Position numbers and translations under genes: made by a program. A stretch of DNA of 64,000 nucleotides. Origin: Candidatus Kuenenia stuttgartensis. Its GTDB lineage: Bacteria > Planctomycetota > Planctomycetia > Planctomycetales > Planctomycetaceae. Of this stretch, positions 57,235 through 64,000 are shown piece by piece; the first letter of the stretch is position 1; each line of letters opens with the position of its first letter. Where the stretch lies: contig CAMDPK010000005.1 of NCBI GenBank assembly GCA_945904015.1, positions 1 through 64,000 of the forward strand. Direction: 5' to 3'. The notes beneath the pieces were generated by a model. It saw nothing but the letters and a program-made list of their open reading frames with translations, ran no database searches and had not been told where the DNA came from.

Positions 57235-58017
57235 TCAGCGCTTGCGGAGTTGCGTGAAGGACTGCTCCAGCGATTCGCGAAGCAATGAGCCGTCGTTGGA
57301 ATAGACCACGAACCGCGAGCCTTGTTTGATCGTGCGTTCCATTTGCTCGCGTTTGCCGAACCAGCTTCCGGCGGCCACATGCGAGCGATTGGCGACATCA
57401 ATAATCCGCTGGATCATCGCGACGAGGTCCGGGTGGTCGTACTCGTTGGGGATGCCCATGTTGGTGGTCAGATCGTTGGGTCCGACAAACACCGCGTTCA
57501 CTCCGGGGATCGAGCAGATCTTTTCGAGGTTCTCGACCGCCAGGACCGATTCGATCATCGGGACGAAGACCGCGTTCGCGCAGCGTTCCTCGATGGCGTA
57601 CTTTCGCGTTTTCTCGCTGGGCCATTTCCCTTCGGCCAGGACGCGCTCCAGAGCCTGTCCTTTCAACGGCCGATAGATCGCGGCCGCCGCGAGACGTCGA
57701 GCGTGTTCCACATCCTCGACATAGGGCACGACCACACCGTCGAACGAATCGCACACCTTCGACACATCATCCGGTTCGCGGCTGTGAGTCCGCGCCAAGC
57801 ACGCGATCCCTTTGGCGGCCAGTGCGTACCGAACCGGTAAGAACTCGGCCAAGTCGAGCGCGTTGTGCTCGGCCGTGACAATCACAAAGTCGAGCGCATC
57901 GTCCGGCAAGACATCGACGATCGCTGGATTGACGGTGTATTGAAAAAAAGTGCCGTAGACGGTTTGCCCGCGCTGCATCTTTTCCTTGAGTGCCTTGCCG
58001 AGTTTGGGTGCGGCCAT
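57235..58017 (-). CDS. HpcH/HpaI aldolase / citrate-lyase beta-like family protein
   Basis: 260 aa. TIM-barrel aldolase pattern (GTFFQYTVNPAIVDVL..., ...FVGPNDL..., metal-binding E/D positions). Family-level call only. Confidence 0.65.
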   Translation of the reverse strand: MAAPKLGKALKEKMQRGQTVYGTFFQYTVNPAIVDVLPDDALDFVIVTAEHNALDLAEFLPVRYALAAKGIACLARTHSREPDDVSKVCDSFDGVVVPYVEDVEHARRLAAAAIYRPLKGQALERVLAEGKWPSEKTRKYAIEERCANAVFVPMIESVLAVENLEKICSIPGVNAVFVGPNDLTTNMGIPNEYDHPDLVAMIQRIIDVANRSHVAAGSWFGKREQMERTIKQGSRFVVYSNDGSLLRESLEQSFTQLRKR

Positions 58018-58091
58018 GAGAGGACAATTCCTTGAAAGAGGTTTTCAACAAGTCATCGGAGACAAGTGCCAGACGAACCGTGGCAGCGTCG

Positions 58092-59402
58092 TCAGGCGGC
58101 CGCTTTGGCCTTTCGCTTCGCTTTCTTGGCAGCCTTTTTGGCTCCGCCACCCTGGTCGGTCTTGCCGGCGGCAGGATCGAGTCCGGCCAGCGCGGCGGTG
58201 AGACGGGTGCGGGCGGCTTTGCTCGATTCGGTATCGGCCTCTTTCGCGACGAGCTTTTCGACAAACGGCGCATCGCGCATGTCGAACAGTTCGCCTTGCT
58301 CGTTCATTTTGAAGCCCTGCTCGCGGACGAACCAGTGCGGGCCGAGTTGCACGTAGGCCCACTCGCGCGGCTGGCCGGGTTTGCCGAGCAGTTGCGGAGC
58401 GAAGCTGCGTCCGTCGAACTTCAGACTTCCGGGTTGTTTCACACCGGCCAGTTCCGCGAACGTCGCGTGGGGATCGGCGAAGCTGAGGATGTCCTGCGAG
58501 ACCTTGCCCGCCGGAGTCGTCCCCGGCCAGCTCGCGATGAACGGGACGCGCGAGCCCCCCTCCAGCAGCGACCCTTTCTTGCCGTTGATCATCCGCCCGC
58601 CGATCTCGCTCGGATGCGCCAACGCCGTGCCGTTGTCGGTCGTGAAGATGACGAGCGTCTTCTCACGCAAGCCCAGCTTTTCGAGTTCTGCGACAACTGC
58701 TCCGACTTGCTTGTCCATGTACGCGATGTTGTCGTCGTAGTGCGTGTCTTTGCCATTCTTCGAGTCGGGCGTACGCAGGATCGGAGCATGGACGTGGTGC
58801 ATCGAATAATAAAAGAAGAACGGCTGCTGCTTGTTCTGCTTGAGGAAGTCGATCGCGAACGCATGCACGAGGTCCGGCGCGTACGCTCCCTCCGGCACGC
58901 TGATCGACTCGCCGTTTTTGAGCAGCGTCTTCTCCCAGAACCAACCGCCGGCGGTCGGGTCGGTGATGTATTCGTCGAAGCCCCAGTCGCGCGGCGTCTC
59001 ACCGACCTGCCGCCACTTGCCTCCCATGCCGGTCGCGTAGCCGGCTTGCTTGAGTAACTTGGCCATCGAGAATTCATCCGCCGATTTCGCTCCCGGCCCG
59101 CCGTTCCGCCACGAACCATTCGTGATGCCACCGGTGCGAAACGCATAGCGGCCCGTCATCAACAAGCCTCGCGTCGGCCCACATAGCGGCGAGGCGTAAC
59201 AGGTCTCGAACCGAGTCCCCGATGCCGCCAGCTTGTCGATGTTCGGCGTCTTGTGCTTGTCCGAGCAATAACAGCTCACGCCATCCAGTCCGAGATCATC
59301 GGCCAGAATGAAAACGATGTTCGGCTTCGTCGCCTCGGCGGCGAACACCGAACCTCCAAAGACGCCGAGCGTGACGAGAAGAAGATTCAGAATACGTCTC
59401 AT
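58092..59402 (-). CDS. formylglycine-dependent sulfatase
   Basis: ATG at 59402 (MRRILNLLLVTLGVFGGSVFA, signal peptide). ILADDLG and CGPTRGLLMTGR form the sulfatase signature. Lys/Ala-rich C-terminal tail like the other sulfatase. Confidence 0.8.
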   Translation of the reverse strand: MRRILNLLLVTLGVFGGSVFAAEATKPNIVFILADDLGLDGVSCYCSDKHKTPNIDKLAASGTRFETCYASPLCGPTRGLLMTGRYAFRTGGITNGSWRNGGPGAKSADEFSMAKLLKQAGYATGMGGKWRQVGETPRDWGFDEYITDPTAGGWFWEKTLLKNGESISVPEGAYAPDLVHAFAIDFLKQNKQQPFFFYYSMHHVHAPILRTPDSKNGKDTHYDDNIAYMDKQVGAVVAELEKLGLREKTLVIFTTDNGTALAHPSEIGGRMINGKKGSLLEGGSRVPFIASWPGTTPAGKVSQDILSFADPHATFAELAGVKQPGSLKFDGRSFAPQLLGKPGQPREWAYVQLGPHWFVREQGFKMNEQGELFDMRDAPFVEKLVAKEADTESSKAARTRLTAALAGLDPAAGKTDQGGGAKKAAKKAKRKAKAAA

Positions 59403-59563
59403 GAGCGCCCCCTGCGATCGTCCAAGATGGTGAGAACATTCCGACCGGCCGAAATCAGCCGCGAGCCATCGGCATGATAATCCATCGCTCGTCGGAATGC
59501 GGTGATTGATGCCACCGCAGCTCAAGTCGGGTGCGACAATACTTTCTGGCAACTCAATCAACC

Positions 59564-59613
59564 GCAGGGCGCTAGCCCCGGTTCATGCCGTGTAACCGGG
59601 GCTAGCGCCCTGC
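59564..59613. repeat. perfect 20-bp-stem hairpin (GCAGGGCGCTAGCCCCGGTT-catgccgtgt-AACCGGGGCTAGCGCCCTGC)
   Basis: Read directly. Located in the divergent intergenic region between the sulfatase and the 59727 gene. Confidence 0.5.
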
Positions 59614-59726
59614 GGCTAATTTCTGCCAGGATTGTTTGTCGCGCCCTTCAAGTCTGGATTACTCACCGAGATGAAGGGTGAGGTATATTGCTCGCCGTTC
59701 AATCTCACCCGGCCGGAGAACGCCCC

Positions 59727-61997
59727 ATGCGCTTCAAGACAGTTTCTCTCGCGTTGCTTGTCCTGAGTCTGAGCCACCTCAGTCATGCCGCTGACGTGCC
59801 GGCGCTGCCCGTCGTCACGAAGGTGGAACAGCAGCCGCTGGTTTCGCAGGTCGAGCGGTTGGTGGAATCGCTGGACTTTCTCGGCACGCCCATGAGCAAG
59901 CCCGATCGCGACGCTCTGAAGACGGCGATGATTGACGCCGATGCCGAGCAGGCGGTCGCGGGCATTCAGAAGGTGCTCGATCCGTATTGCCTGATGGGGG
60001 TCGAACTGCGTTCGGAGAAGGAACTGACGGTGCAAGTCGGTTCGGTAAAGAAGCAGCTCGTCGAGCAAGGCTGGAGTCAGTTTCTCGTAAAGGTCCATAA
60101 CTCGGCGGAGTTGACGGGCGTGCTGCGAGCGGCCAGTCCGAACGCGCAGCGGCTGCACGGATCGCCGAAGGACGATGTGAAGAACCGTTGGCTCGACTTG
60201 CAGACGTTCGACCGGCAGCCGCTGAAACCACAGTTGAGTGGCCTGAAGCTGGAATACCGGATCATCCAGCTCTACAGCCGCGATGCCGGACCACACGAAG
60301 CGGCGATGTCGCTGGAGTACGTCGTGCGCGGCGGAGTTCCTCAAAGGGCCGATGTTCGCGGCGAGCCGGAAGTGGTCACGAGAGGCAAACCGGTCAGCAT
60401 CGCGTTTGATTGTTCGCCGTCGCACGACGTGACATTCCGCGTCGTTGATGAAAGCGGCAAGCCGACCACGGCGGCGTTCCTGATTCGCGATCCGCAGAAC
60501 CGCATCTATCCGTCGCAAGCCAAGCGGCTGGCTCCGGACTTCGCTTTTCATCCGCAGGTTTATCGAAGCGATCGCGAGACCGTGAAACTGCCGGCGGGGA
60601 AGTACACGATCCTCTGCTTGCGCGGTCCCGAGTCGGTCCCTGAAGCGAAATCCCTGACCGTCACCGATCAGCCGACGGTGTTCACCTACGACGTGAAACG
60701 CTGGGTCGATCCGATGCTGCTGGGCTGGTACTCCGGCGACCATCACATTCACGCGGCCGGCTGTGCTCACTATTCCAACCCGACCGAAGGGGTCCATGCC
60801 GACGACATGATGCGGCACTGCCTGGGTGAAGACTTGAAGGTCGGTTGCAATCTGACCTGGGGACCGTGCTTCGATTACCAACTGAAATTCTTCACGGGCA
60901 AGGATGACAAGGTCTCGCAGTTCCCGTACCTGCTGCGCTACGACATCGAAGTCTCCGGCTTCGGCTCGCATCGTTCCGGCCACCTGTGCCTGCTGCGACT
61001 GACCGATCGCAATTACCCCGGCGGCGAATCGAATCAACACTGGCCAACGCTGGGATTGAACACGCTCAAGTGGGCCAAGAAGCAAGGGGCGATCACCGGG
61101 CCGGCGCATTCCGGATCGGGCCTGGCTCCGTCGCCGCAGCGAGTCGACGGCCCCGACGGTCCGAACAATCTGCCGAGCTATGCGATTCCGCAATACAACG
61201 GCATCGGTGCGAACGAGTACATCGTCGATATCACGCACAACGTCCCCGGCCCGGACGGCAAGCCTGTCCCGGCCGTCGACTTCATCTCCACGATGGACAC
61301 CAATCGGCAGCAAGAATTCAACATGTGGTACCACACGCTCAACTGCGGCTTCCGTGTGCGAGCCAGCGGCGAGACCGACTTCCCGTGCATCTCCGGCCAG
61401 CGCGTCGGCATGGGCCGCGTCTATGTGAAAGTGAACGGCAGGCTGAATTACGAAGACTGGTGCGAAGGCATCCGCGAGGGCCGCAGCTATGTCAGCGACG
61501 GCACCTGCCACCTGATGGAGTTCGCCGTTCATCCGGCCACGAACGCAAAGCAGATCGTGCCGGTTGGTTATCACGGCAGCGAATTGAAACTCGACAAGCC
61601 GGCGACGGTACATCTCTCTGCGAAAGTCGCCGCGCGACTAGATGGCAAGACGGTTCCGATCGAAGTCATCGTCAACGGCTACCCGGTGGCGAAACAAGAG
61701 ATTGTTGCCGACGGCACGACGCGAGACGTGTCGTTCGACGTGCCGATCGACCGCAGCAGTTGGGTGGCGTTGCGACTGTTCCCCAACGCGCACACGAATC
61801 CGGTGTTTGTGCTGATCGGCGACAAACCGATCCGCGCCTCGCGGCGCAGCGCCGAATGGTGTCTGCGCGGAGTCGATCAATGCTGGGAACAGAAACAGCC
61901 GACTTACGCCGCCGCCGAAAAAGACGAAGCGACGAAAGCCTACGAACATGCGCGCGTCGTCTATCGTCAGATCGTCAGCGAAAGCGAAATCAACTGA
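59727..61997 (+). CDS. secreted hypothetical protein with C-terminal PHP-like (CehA/McbA-type) metallohydrolase domain
   Basis: Signal peptide MRFKTVSLALLVLSLSHLSHA. WYSGDHHIHAAGCAHYS resembles the HxH start of PHP-fold metallohydrolases. Later blocks are NMWYHTLNCGFRVRASGETDF and RVYVKVNGRLNYEDW. The N-terminal ~350 aa are unassigned. Confidence 0.4.
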   Translation: MRFKTVSLALLVLSLSHLSHAADVPALPVVTKVEQQPLVSQVERLVESLDFLGTPMSKPDRDALKTAMIDADAEQAVAGIQKVLDPYCLMGVELRSEKELTVQVGSVKKQLVEQGWSQFLVKVHNSAELTGVLRAASPNAQRLHGSPKDDVKNRWLDLQTFDRQPLKPQLSGLKLEYRIIQLYSRDAGPHEAAMSLEYVVRGGVPQRADVRGEPEVVTRGKPVSIAFDCSPSHDVTFRVVDESGKPTTAAFLIRDPQNRIYPSQAKRLAPDFAFHPQVYRSDRETVKLPAGKYTILCLRGPESVPEAKSLTVTDQPTVFTYDVKRWVDPMLLGWYSGDHHIHAAGCAHYSNPTEGVHADDMMRHCLGEDLKVGCNLTWGPCFDYQLKFFTGKDDKVSQFPYLLRYDIEVSGFGSHRSGHLCLLRLTDRNYPGGESNQHWPTLGLNTLKWAKKQGAITGPAHSGSGLAPSPQRVDGPDGPNNLPSYAIPQYNGIGANEYIVDITHNVPGPDGKPVPAVDFISTMDTNRQQEFNMWYHTLNCGFRVRASGETDFPCISGQRVGMGRVYVKVNGRLNYEDWCEGIREGRSYVSDGTCHLMEFAVHPATNAKQIVPVGYHGSELKLDKPATVHLSAKVAARLDGKTVPIEVIVNGYPVAKQEIVADGTTRDVSFDVPIDRSSWVALRLFPNAHTNPVFVLIGDKPIRASRRSAEWCLRGVDQCWEQKQPTYAAAEKDEATKAYEHARVVYRQIVSESEIN

Positions 61998-62414
61998 CGT
62001 CATCCCTTCGGTTCCGTAGTTTGAGACAGACTTGTTTGAGTTGCAGCCAAAACACCTTTGTGGTGCGTGCCTCACAGCAATTTGAAGGTTGTTGCAAACC
62101 ATCGCAAGTCGTCGCAAGCAATAGTCGTATTTGGCAGTATGGCGCACTTTTCTTCGTAGGTGTTCCATAGAAACTGAGCGGTGCTGCGAAGCAAAGATGT
62201 TGCCAACGCGACAGTGGATTTCGATGTGCATTCTGAGATGTTGCATCGAGGTGGACCTGCGTGGCCGCACTGCTGAGTCGTGGTTGCCACACGCTGCGGT
62301 TCAAGCAATGCGTTTATCGTCGTCCGAAGCCGCCGGTCACGAACGCTCCGCTGCATGTTGTTCAGGCTCGCGAAGTGGTTTTCCAAAACGAGCACGACTT
62401 ACCAGCGAGCGAAT

Positions 62415-63308
62415 TCAGCCAAGGAGCTTGGCAACTCGCGCGGTGATGTTCGAAACGAGTTCCAGCGGCAATGGCCCACGTCGGGCCGCCGCCAGGTTCT
62501 CGGCCAGATGAGCGAGGTTGCAGGTGCCGATGATCGCCGTCTGGCAGTGCGGATGCGAGAGCGTGTATCGCAAGATGAGTTCCGATCGTGTCATGTCGTT
62601 CGGACAGAGTTCGTCGAGCTTGGCTTTGTCCCACACGTCATTGAGCGCCGGTCGCTGGATTTCCGCATCCGGGCCACCTTGGGCGATCCCGCCCCGCAGA
62701 ATGATGCCGGCACCTGACTCGGCGGCTCGACAGACGAGGTCGTGATGCTGCGGGGCCAGACAGGAATACGGAATCTGAAACGTGTCGAACACACCGAGGT
62801 CGATCAAGGCCGAGAGACTCGGCAGAGAACTGGAGACGCCGATGAACCGGACCAAGCCCTGATCTGGAAGACTTGTCAGGACATCAATCAGTCCTTCGCG
62901 TTGCAGCGTTTCGGCATCGCCACAGTGGAATTGCAGCACGTCCACATAATCAGTGCGCAGACGCTGGAGGCTCGTTTCCAGATTTCGCCGAATGACATTT
63001 GGCTTCCAGACGTGATCGAGTTCCAGATGGTCCTCCCGTTGCGTGTAAACACACCCACATTTGGTGGCGAGATAAAACTCACGGCGACGTGACCCGATGA
63101 AGCGACCGATCCGTTCTTCGCTGGCCCCATAATCGGGAGACGTGTCGATGAAATTGATGCCCGCATCCAGCACGGCATTGAGAAACCGCTCGGCATCGTG
63201 GTCGCTCACGACTCGGACGCCCCAAGTCCGCGGCCCACGCAATCCCCTGCTGCCATAACCGAGTTGTGTGACAGCCAGCCCCGTGCGTCCGAGAATTCGG
63301 CGTTCCAT
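62415..63308 (-). CDS. aldo/keto reductase
   Basis: MERRILGRTGLAVTQLGYGS...INFIDTSPDYGASEERIGRF...LATKCG shows the AKR active-site and cofactor motifs. Confidence 0.8.
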   Translation of the reverse strand: MERRILGRTGLAVTQLGYGSRGLRGPRTWGVRVVSDHDAERFLNAVLDAGINFIDTSPDYGASEERIGRFIGSRRREFYLATKCGCVYTQREDHLELDHVWKPNVIRRNLETSLQRLRTDYVDVLQFHCGDAETLQREGLIDVLTSLPDQGLVRFIGVSSSLPSLSALIDLGVFDTFQIPYSCLAPQHHDLVCRAAESGAGIILRGGIAQGGPDAEIQRPALNDVWDKAKLDELCPNDMTRSELILRYTLSHPHCQTAIIGTCNLAHLAENLAAARRGPLPLELVSNITARVAKLLG

Positions 63309-63310
63309 CG

Positions 63311-63922
63311 TCAGAAGTTCTTTCGTGTTGGCTCGAGGATCAGGTCGTCGTGCCTTGGCATGTCTCCCAACAACGGGGCCATGTTCCGGTCAAAGTCACG
63401 TTTTGCGCCGGCCAGGACCACTACCAGCGGAATCGCAACCAGCGCCAATCGAAGCGAGCCAACGAGCCACGGTTTCCGGTGCCGAAGGAACGGCACCTCG
63501 GCCGTCCAGCACAAGAGTGGAATCAGCAGCAGCGCCAGCGCGCAGCCTGTCGAGAGCCGGCCAAAGAACCGTCCGATCAACAGCACGCCGAACAAGCCGA
63601 TCACCCCGATTCCAATGATTGCCGGTGAGCCGAGTTTTGCCGGTATGCCGGACCGCATCGTGATCAGCTTGGCTGCGATGGCCGTCGCGACGATGGTCGC
63701 AGCCAACGGAAATGCCGTTGCGCCTCCCTTGAGATAACCAGCCAGCATCACAGTCAGGCCGGCGCACTGCGTCGTTAGGCCGAGAGCCAATGGAATCGAG
63801 ATCCCTTCAGAACGCAGTGACAACAAGAGAAGCAGTCCCCAAGTGCCAGCCAACAAGAGACCACAGACCACTAAAGCCACGCCGGCCTCCCACCGAGTCC
63901 ACTGGTTGCCGGCACCAGTCAA
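63311..63922 (-). CDS. hypothetical integral membrane protein (possibly longer at N-terminus)
   Basis: 203-aa ORF with at least 5 hydrophobic helices. Its stop lies 3 nt from the AKR start. The upstream boundary near the window end is unclear. Confidence 0.35.
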   Translation of the reverse strand: MTGAGNQWTRWEAGVALVVCGLLLAGTWGLLLLLSLRSEGISIPLALGLTTQCAGLTVMLAGYLKGGATAFPLAATIVATAIAAKLITMRSGIPAKLGSPAIIGIGVIGLFGVLLIGRFFGRLSTGCALALLLIPLLCWTAEVPFLRHRKPWLVGSLRLALVAIPLVVVLAGAKRDFDRNMAPLLGDMPRHDDLILEPTRKNF

Positions 63923-64000
63923 GTAAACGGAGCCGTGCAGCAGAATTCTCGGAATCGCCGCGGCAAGACTCGCCCGCAGGAACCACGCGATCCAACGCGG

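Noticed and set aside
1-64000. CRISPR arrays, rRNA or tRNA genes
   Set aside because: No regularly spaced direct repeats with unique spacers were seen, and no T-loop/anticodon-stem signatures were recognised on either strand. A dedicated scan was not possible.

Overview
This is a high-GC (~60-65%) chromosomal segment whose gene content suggests Planctomycetota. That lineage call is an inference from the formylglycine-type sulfatases, a DUF1501 protein, LRR proteins and very large secreted PQQ-like beta-propeller proteins. About 45 protein-coding genes are supportable. I found no rRNA, tRNA or CRISPR array.

Main content, start to end:
- Start to ~9 kb: a secreted PQQ-propeller protein, the fluoride channel CrcB, an FAD oxidoreductase, a tandem pair of large SPFH/band-7 proteins with an intrinsic terminator, and a CocE/NonD (S15) hydrolase.
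- ~9-23 kb, a redox cluster: a pentaheme cytochrome c, DUF1501, DUF1801 and 2TM proteins; a 1299-aa protein that fuses about ten heme-binding motifs to an LVIVD beta-propeller; a 746-aa candidate outer-membrane beta-barrel; a secreted tandem-DUF336 (heme-binding-like) protein; a Cys/His-rich lipoprotein; and a DoxX protein.
- ~22.8-23.9 kb: a REP-associated tyrosine transposase (RAYT) flanked by inverted REP doublets (REPINs). The RAYT is interrupted by a hairpin-flanked ~150-nt insert. A ~1-kb low-GC islet next to it carries one hypothetical gene.
- ~24.9-31.5 kb: argG, an amidohydrolase and a sulfatase.
- Four giant paralogous secreted proteins (1013-1336 aa) built as PQQ propeller / Rossmann methyltransferase-like domain / second Cys-His-motif propeller / malectin or LamG lectin tail. 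Three of them are clustered at ~32.9-45.2 kb and the fourth lies at 50.2-54.2 kb. Two of them, a divergent pair, are each followed by a paralogous ~400-aa secreted partner with a CxCSC motif and a C-terminal TM anchor.
- ~45-50 kb: an operon modA (tandem-fused) - modB - modC - moaD-like - moeB/thiF-like.
- ~54-57 kb: a decaying, lower-GC block with an SBBP-repeat pseudogene, a frameshifted four-helix-bundle gene and an LRR gene carrying an in-frame stop.
- ~57-64 kb: an HpcH aldolase, a second sulfatase, a PHP-like metallohydrolase and an aldo/keto reductase.

The window is unusually rich in distinct palindromic REP-like repeat families, at least seven. Several sit exactly at stop codons, one lies in-frame inside a giant gene, and one lies inside the RAYT.

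Everything here is read from the sequence and the ORF track. No database search was run.
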